Positions 14,739-23,152 of a stretch of DNA of 23,152 nucleotides are shown piece by piece; the first letter of the stretch is position 1, and every line of letters starts with the position of its first letter. The stretch comes from a virus (Duplodnaviria > Heunggongvirae > Uroviricota > Caudoviricetes). The stretch lies in the IMG/VR virus record IMGVR_UViG_2974563859_000001; one strand, 5' to 3'. The notes under the pieces are model-generated. The model was not told where the DNA came from. It searched no databases and was given only the letters and a program-made list of their open reading frames with translations. The position numbers and the translations under genes were made by a program.

Positions 14739-14745
14739 CTTTAAA

Positions 14746-16941
14746 TTAGAATCCTCCTCCTAAGTCTCCTCCATCACCTTCAGAATTATTTGTCTTAAGG
14801 GCACTTTCAGTAGAATCCATTAGAGCATCTTCGTATAATCTATCCATTAGATCCCAATCAATATTTGGAATCATTTGTCTAACAATTTTCTTCTTAAAAC
14901 TAGTCTTTTTAGATGTATCTGCATCTGTTTCGTCTATATAGGAAGATGTAATAAAATCAACCGTTTGACTAGCATTAGAAATCTGATCATTAATATTAGT
15001 CAGATTAAGGGATATTGGGGGTGGAAATAGTACTTCAATATCATTAACATCAATATAATCTTGACTATCTTTTTTCTTCTTTTCATTATCTTTATCTTTT
15101 CTATTATCATTTAAATGATATTCATTGCGATATAATATTCTAATTAATTCTGAAAAGCTCTCAGAGAATGATGCTTGATCTGATACAATAGTTCTTACAA
15201 ATGTAGAGTTTTGCATAACAAGTGATCTAGCAAAATCAACATCTTGAGAAGCATCAATATAGTTAGCAGGTACTCCTGTACCATTTACTGCTGACTTTAA
15301 TAAGAATTGAAGGAAATCACTATCTGCGTCCACATCCATACCACTCAATGTATCAAAGTCTAAAGGTTTTTCTCCATCTATAAGAGGAATATAGTAGTCA
15401 TCAAATACTCCAATACTATTTAGAATTGTAGAAACACTTTTTAAAATATCTGTCTGAATTTCTTTTGACTTAATATCTTTAACTACTCCTTGAATAGCAC
15501 CTTCAATATCTGCGTCTAATCCAGTTTCAACATACACCAAACGTTTATCCCTACCACGAGAGATCTTTTGCATTAATTCTGTAATCAAAGTAGCAAGATA
15601 TAATTTAGCAAAGAACAGACTTCTTGCTAATTTTGATTGTCCATATAATTCATCACTATCAGTCATAAAATGTACTACCTCATCTGGTGCTAGGTAGGTA
15701 ATCTTAACTTTCTTTTCAGTGATATATTTTTCCTTTAATAACGCATAGATATAGTCTTTGAATTCTTTATTATCTTTAATGAATTCATTATCTATCTTTT
15801 TTGAAATCCCTTTAATAAACACATTGGCAATAATTTCTTCTCTATCCTTATGATTTGATTGCTCAATATCTACTCTTGAATTGAAGAAATCACTAATTGC
15901 TGTTGTACCTGAACCCTGTGTTGCAATCTCATCAGTCTTTTCAATATGAATATAACCAAAATTTATTCCATCTACTTCGAGTTTAATAACATTCTCAGGT
16001 GAAAGCATTCTTATAATAGAACCCTTAATACCAAAATGTGTAAACTCATCCTCATCATTTTCCTTATTTTTCTTTTTATTTAATTGAGATAATCCATCCG
16101 CAGATAAGTTAAGTAAAGATTTTCTTGGATCATCTTCATAATCAATATTATTATTTATAACACTTGAGATTTCTGATTTAATCTGATTATAATTATACTC
16201 TGATTTCTCATTCAAATTAGTTTCGAATAGCATTTTTAAATCTTTATCATCAATATCTTCTTTCATGATAAATCTAGAATTTTGCTGTTCCTCATTATTT
16301 GAATTAAATAAATCCTTATTATCTTCTGTTAATAGCATTTTATTAAATTCTTCATCATACTTTAATACTGCAACAAAATAATCACCAAGCGTTAATGTTT
16401 TTCTTATAATATTCTTTGCTCTCTTATTTAATTTATACTTTTTAACGAGGAAGTTAGTATTCTTTATAACATCGTTACTTAATTCATCTTTTACTTTATC
16501 TGATTTATAACGGATATTTAAAGAGTCTTTAGTCAAATCATCTGGTGACATGATACTATCTCTATAAACATTAATACACTCAGCTAATTGAGGAATATAA
16601 GAGTAGATAATACTATAATCACTATATCTAGAGATTCTTTCTTTTTCAAAACCCATTAATTGTGATAAATTCTCTTTGGATAAGACTTTTTCTAACTGAC
16701 CTTTATCAAATTTCTTCTTAGGTTTTTCTCCACTCATATTAGCATCATTATTAAATTCAGATGCATTTAGAAAGTCCATCATATTTGGAGTAGTATAAGA
16801 TTTATTTTGATCTATAATCTTATTAATAGAGTTAGATATTTCTTTTGTATCGTTCTCGAAATTATCAGATGTATCAGTACCAAAGATCTGATTATTTATC
16901 TTATGTTCTAAACCATCAATTTTTCCTCTTGGATCTGCCAT
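14746..16941 (-). CDS. portal protein (T4 gp20-like)
   Basis: 731 aa; ISRGRDKRLVYVETG, FDDYYIPLIDG..DTLSG, GTGVPANYI and FVRTIVSDQASFSESF parallel T4 gp20 ITRAPDRRVWYVDTG, EDYWLQRRDG..DTLPG, ALRVPLSRI and FAKFIRELQHKFEEVF. Confidence 0.85.
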   Translation of the reverse strand: MADPRGKIDGLEHKINNQIFGTDTSDNFENDTKEISNSINKIIDQNKSYTTPNMMDFLNASEFNNDANMSGEKPKKKFDKGQLEKVLSKENLSQLMGFEKERISRYSDYSIIYSYIPQLAECINVYRDSIMSPDDLTKDSLNIRYKSDKVKDELSNDVIKNTNFLVKKYKLNKRAKNIIRKTLTLGDYFVAVLKYDEEFNKMLLTEDNKDLFNSNNEEQQNSRFIMKEDIDDKDLKMLFETNLNEKSEYNYNQIKSEISSVINNNIDYEDDPRKSLLNLSADGLSQLNKKKNKENDEDEFTHFGIKGSIIRMLSPENVIKLEVDGINFGYIHIEKTDEIATQGSGTTAISDFFNSRVDIEQSNHKDREEIIANVFIKGISKKIDNEFIKDNKEFKDYIYALLKEKYITEKKVKITYLAPDEVVHFMTDSDELYGQSKLARSLFFAKLYLATLITELMQKISRGRDKRLVYVETGLDADIEGAIQGVVKDIKSKEIQTDILKSVSTILNSIGVFDDYYIPLIDGEKPLDFDTLSGMDVDADSDFLQFLLKSAVNGTGVPANYIDASQDVDFARSLVMQNSTFVRTIVSDQASFSESFSELIRILYRNEYHLNDNRKDKDNEKKKKDSQDYIDVNDIEVLFPPPISLNLTNINDQISNASQTVDFITSSYIDETDADTSKKTSFKKKIVRQMIPNIDWDLMDRLYEDALMDSTESALKTNNSEGDGGDLGGGF

Positions 16942-16969
16942 TTCATCACCTTTTTCTATTTCAACATTA

Positions 16970-16981
16970 TAATTAAATGTT
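16970..16981 (-). promoter_or_regulatory. AR9-type late promoter motif for portal
   Basis: Minus-strand AACATTTAATTA, 29 nt before ATG 16941. Confidence 0.75.
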
Positions 16982-16991
16982 TTTCTTTATG

Positions 16992-17032
16992 AAAAAAATA
17001 AAAAAAAATAAAGCATGTAAACATGCTTTATT
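16992..17032 (-). terminator. intrinsic terminator ending the minus-strand replication operon
   Basis: AATAAAGCATG / CATGCTTTATT (17007-17032) next to A-runs (U-tract on the minus strand). Confidence 0.75.
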
Positions 17033-17744
17033 CTGCTATATCAGTAATAAGTATATACTGTTTTACCTCAATATTATTTGAAGGAACAATAATCTCGATA
17101 ATATAGAGATTTTCATCTGAATTATAATCATATAATTTAAAATAGATATCTTGTTTAGATGTCTTAGTACCTTTGAATCCAACTAAAAATTTCTTATTAT
17201 AAATTATTCTAATATAGCTATCATCATCTTCTAATTTTTCATCTATAGTACAATTACCAGTATTAGGGTAGAAATAAATAGAAAATGGTGAATTCTTATA
17301 TTCTTTTATTACCTCGGTTTGATCACTATTTAATTGAAATTCTCCTAATAACTTATAGTTTTCTATCTTAAATCTATTAGAATCATCAATGAATTCATAT
17401 TTTTGTTCTACTAAAGGAACGTCAGTGTTAAATTCAATATAATTATTATCTATTCTTACTTCAGTTATATTATTCTTATATTCTTTAAAAAAGGCATAAT
17501 AATCAGATCCCCTAATGGAAAATCTACAATTATTAATTATATCTTCTAAAAATGCATTCTTTTTAGAATAGACAGGATAAGCAGTAATATAAGGAGTTAG
17601 TTGTTCATGACCATTAGCAATTATAACTCCATTAATGTAGTTATAATGTTCCCTGCTATTATGTACCTTTTTCATATATTGATTAAGATCATTAAGCAGT
17701 TTACAAAATTCTTTAACCTCATTCGCATCAGATAATACAATCAT
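17028..17744 (-). CDS. hypothetical protein
   Basis: Track 17028..17795; SD AGGAG favours ATG at 17744 (MIVLSD); no recognised motif. Confidence 0.75.
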   Translation of the reverse strand: MIVLSDANEVKEFCKLLNDLNQYMKKVHNSREHYNYINGVIIANGHEQLTPYITAYPVYSKKNAFLEDIINNCRFSIRGSDYYAFFKEYKNNITEVRIDNNYIEFNTDVPLVEQKYEFIDDSNRFKIENYKLLGEFQLNSDQTEVIKEYKNSPFSIYFYPNTGNCTIDEKLEDDDSYIRIIYNKKFLVGFKGTKTSKQDIYFKLYDYNSDENLYIIEIIVPSNNIEVKQYILITDIAE

Positions 17745-17764
17745 ATTATCACTCCTATTATAAT

Positions 17765-17793
17765 GATTCCAGTAGAATTTATCTACTGGAATC
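17765..17793. repeat. 12-bp perfect inverted repeat
   Basis: GATTCCAGTAGA (17765-17776) / TCTACTGGAATC (17782-17793); no U-tract on the transcribed strand. Confidence 0.7.
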
Positions 17794-17851
17794 ACATTTA
17801 TTTATCTTTCCACTGATTTAATAACAATTTCCCTTTTTCATAATATATCCC

Positions 17852-18088
17852 TCATTTACTTGTTATCTGTTCTTTATTTTTAACTTGAGATTTCTTTAGA
17901 CGCTTATTTTGGTGTTCTAATAAGTTATTATAACTGTTAATCCTAATGTTCTCATTTGATAAGTATTCAGTTTTTGTCCGTTCTTCATTATATTTATCCA
18001 TTAAACTTCGATATTTATATAATAACGAAAAAGCAGCAATATTAACTATCACAAATTCCACTCCTAGAAATACCTTAATAATATCCAA
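17852..18088 (-). CDS. small membrane-anchored coiled-coil protein
   Basis: 78 aa; TTG start with SD AAGGGG; N-terminal hydrophobic stretch followed by a charged helix. Confidence 0.65.
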   Translation of the reverse strand: MDIIKVFLGVEFVIVNIAAFSLLYKYRSLMDKYNEERTKTEYLSNENIRINSYNNLLEHQNKRLKKSQVKNKEQITSK

Positions 18089-18101
18089 TATTATATCCCC
18101 T

Positions 18102-18695
18102 TTAGTGTTTTTTACTAACTAATGCTCTCTTATTAATTACCTTTCTATGATAAGCACTATTAAGTTTGTAATAACATTCTTTAATTACTTTAGCATCATG
18201 GAGTGCATTATGTTTATTTTCACTAAATGGTAATCCAATATATTCTTCTCGATTAATATCAGGATCAATGTCTAGGATTTTAAATAGAGTACAAATATCG
18301 AAAGGAATATAATTAATATTATCTGGAATGTCGAAAGCACTACCAAATAAATTATTAAATAATATCCAATCATAAGATAAACAATCAGACCACATGTCAA
18401 TGTAATCAAACTGTTCTAACCATGTTTCTAATGCTTCTTTAATTTCTTTAGAATTTCCTTTCATTGTTACAGTGTAATCATCTCTATTAGACTTAAAATT
18501 ATTAAATTGATTATAATCATTGTATAGTAATTTATCAATAACATTTTCCTGTAACCATTCATCTACTTGATCTTTGTTATAATCATTAAATTCAGCATAA
18601 AAAGATCTTCCATTTTCAGCAACTAATCCAATACTAATAAGACTGGTCTCCTGATGAAGACCAGTAAATTCTGTATCAAAGAAAATTTTTGCCAT
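18102..18695 (-). CDS. DEDDh 3'-5' exonuclease (Rv2179c/RNase AS-like exoribonuclease)
   Basis: IFFDTEFTGL, DCLSYDW, HNALHDAK. Confidence 0.85.
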   Translation of the reverse strand: MAKIFFDTEFTGLHQETSLISIGLVAENGRSFYAEFNDYNKDQVDEWLQENVIDKLLYNDYNQFNNFKSNRDDYTVTMKGNSKEIKEALETWLEQFDYIDMWSDCLSYDWILFNNLFGSAFDIPDNINYIPFDICTLFKILDIDPDINREEYIGLPFSENKHNALHDAKVIKECYYKLNSAYHRKVINKRALVSKKH

Positions 18696-18708
18696 TTATA
18701 TCTCTCCC

Positions 18709-20373
18709 TTAAGATACTTGTAATTGTTTTTGCTGTTTTAATTTTTGAATTAAATCACTTGTTGTTGGCAAATTATGCCATTTATTACCAAAATTAATAT
18801 AGTCCTTACTTGAATAATCATCAACATATTCTTTTGATATATCATTGCCATCTTCTTCAATAATGACTCTTCCATAACATGTTTCAGGAGAGATATTAAA
18901 TGCTTGAATAATTGATGGATATAGAGAGCTTAAATCAAAGTCGATACAATTCTCAAATAGGAATTTAGATTTTTCCCCTAATAACTCAATACCAATATTA
19001 TCAATATTATTTGGATTAGCTACAAACGCACCTTTAATTTTTCCCTCAGTTTGCTCTCTAATTTTTGCTCTATTATTAGAGATATAAACTCCTTTTTCAC
19101 GATAGAATTTAGAAGCAAGATTTCGTAAACAAATTGTTTTCTTCATTGCTTTCTCAATACGTGTTTCAGTTAACATTGCTACTGAATAGATTGCATCAAC
19201 ATCTCTATTCTTTTCTTCCATCATCATCATCATAACAGTATCTTGAATATTATAAAACATAAATTTCTTATAATCGGTAATATGGAAAGTTTTAAATCCT
19301 TCTTCCATTACATCTTTTGTTAGACCTACTTCTTTTTCCCCAATATAGTCCAAACTATAAGACTCTTCTTTACCCATACCTTTTCTTAAGTTAGCATAGA
19401 GGTTCATTGCATCTAGATATACTGAATAAGATGTAACATTCATTTCATTACCATTATCAGATGGATCTTGGTTAAATGTATCTTTTCTATAGCTAACTCT
19501 CTTATATTTAAATTCTTTTGGACACATAATATCTTCTGGATTATATCCTAATCTCATAATTCTATTCATTAAATAAGGATTATCGAATCCATGTCCATTC
19601 CAAGCTAATACAAAATCAGGTTTAATTTCAATATTAATAAGATCGTAGAATCGTTTTATCATATGAATCTCACTTTCCCATTCTTCAATGATAAAATTCA
19701 TCTTTCTACCTTTTAAGATCTTTTTATATCTTTCTTCTAGTTCACTCTTAATACTATCTAGGTTACTCATTGTTTCTACATAAGTATCATGATTATATTT
19801 TAAGCAAAGTGTATAACAATTAAGATTATCCATATCAATAAGTGTCATAATATTTACTGGTGCTTCAGCTTCTTCTGGTTCAGGGAATCCAACAATTTTC
19901 TCAATATCAACCTCTATATCGTATACCACTTTAGTTAAACCGAAGTTATTTTTATCGACTGGGTGTTTCTTTAAAAATTGAGAAATATAATAATCTTGAA
20001 TGTTTACATCTGAACCATGTAAACGATAGTCTAAATGAATTCGATTTAATTTCTTTCCAATTCCATAGCCGCCAGATTTTATTGTATCCCAGAAATAATT
20101 TGTAAGATTCTGATCATTTAATGTAGTGATAATTGACTTATATAAATCTTTCGCATAACATTTGATTGGAAGTACCTTATCTTTTTCAATGTAGTTTCTT
20201 AGTTTTCCATCCCAATATTGTGGTTTTGTAATGTAATATTCAATGACTGGTTTTTCAATTGTTTCACAACGCTTATTACCATTTTCATCTTTAACAATAA
20301 ATAGTACCTTATCAAAACCATCTTTACTTTTTCTATCTGGATAAAAATAATGTGTGTTAATCATCTGAACCAT
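18709..20373 (-). CDS. family B DNA polymerase, N-terminal subunit of a split enzyme (proofreading exonuclease plus motif A)
   Basis: ExoI YDIEVD, ExoII AWNGHGFDNPY, ExoIII YNIQD, motif A DFDLSSLYPSII; stops about 70 aa later without motif B or DTDS. Confidence 0.85.
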   Translation of the reverse strand: MVQMINTHYFYPDRKSKDGFDKVLFIVKDENGNKRCETIEKPVIEYYITKPQYWDGKLRNYIEKDKVLPIKCYAKDLYKSIITTLNDQNLTNYFWDTIKSGGYGIGKKLNRIHLDYRLHGSDVNIQDYYISQFLKKHPVDKNNFGLTKVVYDIEVDIEKIVGFPEPEEAEAPVNIMTLIDMDNLNCYTLCLKYNHDTYVETMSNLDSIKSELEERYKKILKGRKMNFIIEEWESEIHMIKRFYDLINIEIKPDFVLAWNGHGFDNPYLMNRIMRLGYNPEDIMCPKEFKYKRVSYRKDTFNQDPSDNGNEMNVTSYSVYLDAMNLYANLRKGMGKEESYSLDYIGEKEVGLTKDVMEEGFKTFHITDYKKFMFYNIQDTVMMMMMEEKNRDVDAIYSVAMLTETRIEKAMKKTICLRNLASKFYREKGVYISNNRAKIREQTEGKIKGAFVANPNNIDNIGIELLGEKSKFLFENCIDFDLSSLYPSIIQAFNISPETCYGRVIIEEDGNDISKEYVDDYSSKDYINFGNKWHNLPTTSDLIQKLKQQKQLQVS

Positions 20374-20475
20374 AAATTTATAACCTCCTCAATATTCATC
20401 AATAATTTAGTTTTCCATTTTTATAAAAAGTTAGGCTAAATCACTATATTCTTCCTTTCTATTTATGTAATCATT

Positions 20476-20488
20476 TATATAATATATA
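20476..20488 (-). promoter_or_regulatory. putative early promoter motif TATATATTATATA (second copy)
   Basis: Identical to 5027-5039; lies just past a terminator and upstream of the polymerase gene. Confidence 0.5.
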
Positions 20489-20491
20489 TTT

Positions 20492-20530
20492 AAAGTGGTT
20501 ATGTGAATTTAATATCCACATAACCACTTT
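20492..20530. terminator. terminator hairpin
   Basis: AAAGTGGTTATGTG (20492-20505) / CACATAACCACTTT (20517-20530), immediately past the stop at 20534. Confidence 0.75.
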
Positions 20531-20533
20531 TTA

Positions 20534-20788
20534 TTATCTAGTATTTACTTTATTAGCCTTTAGTTTAATTAATTTTAATTTTCCGTCTGAAAATTCTACA
20601 GTCATCTTATCAGTTTCACCATTACTGTTGACTTTAATAATATTTTTAATACTATATCCATAAGTAGTAGCATTACTTACTTCATTAATTACCTCTTCCT
20701 CTGATTTTGCTTGGTTGAAGTATATTTCATCATTTTCATCTTTACTAATTACTATAAAGCTATTCTTTTCAATTTTTTCTTTATTCAT
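20534..20788 (-). CDS. hypothetical protein
   Basis: 84 aa ORF within a minus-strand run, SD AAGGA. Confidence 0.65.
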   Translation of the reverse strand: MNKEKIEKNSFIVISKDENDEIYFNQAKSEEEVINEVSNATTYGYSIKNIIKVNSNGETDKMTVEFSDGKLKLIKLKANKVNTR

Positions 20789-20815
20789 TTTATCTTCATC
20801 CTTTGATAAATTATT

Positions 20816-21196
20816 TTAATTACTCTCAGATCCAAATTTCTTTTTTAGTTCTTCATATCTTTTTCTATCTGCTTCTTCTTTTCTTCTTAGATGATCTTTT
20901 CTAACTTGCTCTTGCTTTCTCTTAACTTCTTTATCATACTCTTCCCAATCTTTTTCAGTAATAATTCCTCTCTTATTAAGTTCATCTCTAACATATTTGT
21001 CATTATATAGACTATATTGTGCTTGTATTTTTGGATATACTCTAATTTCAGTGTCCCCAAATTCATCAGTCTTTTGCTGAATCAAACAAACTCCACCATC
21101 TTTAGTAGCAATAGTAGTATAGTCGGCAAATTGATTTGCTGAAACAAAGCCAATTACTTTTCCTTCTAAATCATTAGTATCATCGATAAAATACAT
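20816..21196 (-). CDS. hypothetical protein with charged C-terminal helix
   Basis: 126 aa, SD AAGGAGGTG. Confidence 0.75.
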   Translation of the reverse strand: MYFIDDTNDLEGKVIGFVSANQFADYTTIATKDGGVCLIQQKTDEFGDTEIRVYPKIQAQYSLYNDKYVRDELNKRGIITEKDWEEYDKEVKRKQEQVRKDHLRRKEEADRKRYEELKKKFGSESN

Positions 21197-21200
21197 ACTA

Positions 21201-21455
21201 TTACACCTCCTTATTTTTACGTCTATCTAATTTAAAGACATCATTTAGATAAAGGGCAAGCCAGTCTAATTCCAATTCTGTTTTCCCTCTTCCATTTTTA
21301 ATACTTTTACGAATTGCATTATTTACATCTGAAATTCCTTTATTTTTTCTGAATAAATATTTTCCTTCAATAGCTTGTTCTAAATCTTCTTTATTTTTAA
21401 TATTTCCAAAGAAAAATTGACCTGCAAGATCTTTTAAATTATATACTTCTTTCAT
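21201..21455 (-). CDS. hypothetical protein
   Basis: Track 21201..21476; SD AGGAG favours the ATG at 21455 (MKEVYNL). Confidence 0.65.
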   Translation of the reverse strand: MKEVYNLKDLAGQFFFGNIKNKEDLEQAIEGKYLFRKNKGISDVNNAIRKSIKNGRGKTELELDWLALYLNDVFKLDRRKNKEV

Positions 21456-21465
21456 TATTAGTCTC

Positions 21466-21681
21466 CTAACATTCACTACATTTTTTACATACTCTATAAT
21501 AATAAAATTTGCCTAAATCAGTTCCTACCCAATATTGACAACTATTTCCCTTTTGTATCATCTCATTACAGAATTCACATATAAAATTTTTTCTTGATTC
21601 TCTAACTTGTCTAATTTTCATGAATGGAGGATAGGTGGGGATTCTTCCTAACCTCTCATCATTATTATAAAATTCACTCAT
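21466..21681 (-). CDS. small zinc-finger-like protein (CxxC...CxxC)
   Basis: CEFC..CKKC; ATG at 21681 overlaps the upstream stop, so preferred over the track's 21732. Confidence 0.6.
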   Translation of the reverse strand: MSEFYNNDERLGRIPTYPPFMKIRQVRESRKNFICEFCNEMIQKGNSCQYWVGTDLGKFYYYRVCKKCSEC

Positions 21682-22144
21682 TATTCTTGAATAGATTAAT
21701 AAAATTCCAAATATCCCCATAAGAAATATCATTTAATATTTCAAATTCACCAGTCCAATTACCTCTTTCTTTTAAAACAATGGTATCTGGAATATTTAAT
21801 GCTTTAATATTGTTAAGAAGTTTATTTAGAGCCTCAATTTGTTTTGAAGATAATTTTTTCAAAATATACTCTTTCTGTAATTGTGCATATTTTTCACCCT
21901 TTAATTCTTCATAAGTATAATAAAATTCTTGTCGAAACTCTATATCATTAGCATCATTTCGGAACCAAATTTGTTTTTTATTTTCATCTATATCAATAAT
22001 ACCTCTAACGCCTTCATTATAAATAATATTTACTTTTCTATGATAATCGAGTTCAGCCATTGCTTCAGCATTATTCAATATTTTCCAATATAATTCAATA
22101 AACATATTCATTTCTTCATCAGAAATTCTTTCTATTTTACGCAT
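21674..22144 (-). CDS. hypothetical protein
   Basis: 156 aa, SD GAGGTG, coupled to neighbours. Confidence 0.7.
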   Translation of the reverse strand: MRKIERISDEEMNMFIELYWKILNNAEAMAELDYHRKVNIIYNEGVRGIIDIDENKKQIWFRNDANDIEFRQEFYYTYEELKGEKYAQLQKEYILKKLSSKQIEALNKLLNNIKALNIPDTIVLKERGNWTGEFEILNDISYGDIWNFINLFKNNE

Positions 22145-22637
22145 TTTTAACCACCTCTTTTTTCATAGTTATATACCAATAATTATATTTATTATCAAAC
22201 TCAATATTTGTATACGGATTATTATTAAAATAAGATACAACCATATGAATTAAATCATTTCCATAATCATTAAAACTCTTATTCTTATCAATGATATATT
22301 TATATACTTTGCGACTTACTTTGTTTTTCTTTCTCCAGAAATCAAATCTAAAGAATTCATCTAAAGATATATCAACATTAGATTCAGATATTGCTAATTC
22401 AACACCTTGTGATGGATATTTTACTAATACATTTTCAATATATGATATTACTTCATTGACTGCAAGCTTATAATACTTGTGTTTATTTTTATTATATCTT
22501 TTTCTTTCAAAAGCCTGAAACTTCTTATAGAAGAAGTTACAAGGCTTTTCAATGAGAAATAAAAGTATACTATAGTACAACTTTTTATATTTTTTCTTTC
22601 TTTTTTCTTTATTGATTCTTTTTGGTATGTGACTCAA
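22137..22637 (-). CDS. hypothetical basic protein
   Basis: 166 aa, TTG start after a G-run SD. Confidence 0.65.
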   Translation of the reverse strand: MSHIPKRINKEKRKKKYKKLYYSILLFLIEKPCNFFYKKFQAFERKRYNKNKHKYYKLAVNEVISYIENVLVKYPSQGVELAISESNVDISLDEFFRFDFWRKKNKVSRKVYKYIIDKNKSFNDYGNDLIHMVVSYFNNNPYTNIEFDNKYNYWYITMKKEVVKNA

Positions 22638-22649
22638 TTAAATTCCCCC

Positions 22650-23152
22650 CTAGTACTTATAAATAATTCCTTTATTTTGCATGAACTCTTCATTATCTGT
22701 ATCTATATTATGACCATTTAATAAAATTAGATCAACTGGACTAGAATCAAATTCATTATTATGGCTGATCACAAATACTTGCTCGATACCTAATTCTTGA
22801 ATTTGAGACTCAAGCAATGATGTATATAGTCTTCTATTTCTTGCAGATAACGTACTATCAACCTCATCTAAATAAAGAATATTATACTTAGTTGATTCCA
22901 TCATTCTTTCTATCATTCCTAGTGATAGAGAGATAATTGTTAATGATGTTTCCCCTTGAGAAGCTTCTTTAATATCTTCTAGAGAAGTACCATCAGATTT
23001 AAAAACATTGATAAAGAAATCAGATGCACTTATATCAAATTTAATCTTAAATTGATCACCATATGCAATATCTAATAAGTTATTAGCTCTCATTGCTATA
23101 TCTTTAAGATAGTTATCGATAAAGAATAATGGAATTCCTTTCTTTGGATCAA
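22650..23152 (-). CDS. SbcC/Rad50 (T4 gp46-like) ATPase, C-terminal part; 5' end lies outside the window
   Basis: Frame open to the window edge (DPKKGIPLFF..); signature ASQGE, Walker B/D-loop ILYLDEVDSTL, H-loop VFVISHN. Confidence 0.88.
   Translation of the reverse strand, partial: DPKKGIPLFFIDNYLKDIAMRANNLLDIAYGDQFKIKFDISASDFFINVFKSDGTSLEDIKEASQGETSLTIISLSLGMIERMMESTKYNILYLDEVDSTLSARNRRLYTSLLESQIQELGIEQVFVISHNNEFDSSPVDLILLNGHNIDTDNEEFMQNKGIIYKY

Noticed and set aside
13086-14749. ORFs 13086-13310, 13522-13764, 14147-14359, 14552-14749 (also 22291-22473)
   Set aside because: Alternative-frame or antisense overlaps of sheath, tube or other genes with no independent support
18709-20373. Intein or intron explaining the short polymerase
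   Set aside because: No C/S...HN intein ends or group I core motifs at or after the stop

Overview
AT-rich segment of a jumbo myovirus genome of the AR9/PBS1 (phiKZ-related) type. Shine-Dalgarno sites and TTG/GTG starts suggest a low-GC Firmicute host. The left two-thirds is a virion morphogenesis block: head-associated genes, major capsid protein, an HExxH metallopeptidase-like gene, large terminase, two unknown late genes, a stand-alone RNA polymerase beta'-C-terminal-like subunit, tail sheath, tail tube and a convergent portal gene. The right third is a minus-strand replication/early block: DEDDh exoribonuclease, the N-terminal half of a split family B DNA polymerase, small hypothetical genes and the 3' end of an SbcC/Rad50-like ATPase. 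The terminase gene is split by four tandem ORF-less group I introns (289-319 nt) separated by micro-exons of 28, 44 and 84 nt; removing them restores a 656-aa TerL with intact Walker B and motif III. Eight late genes carry the AR9-type late promoter AACA-N6-TR 27-44 nt upstream of their starts. A small minus-strand cassette between the head and terminase genes encodes a sigma region 4/alpha-CTD fusion and a very acidic 62-aa protein with a weak, by-eye resemblance to Ugi. All homology calls come from motifs recognised by eye, not from searches.
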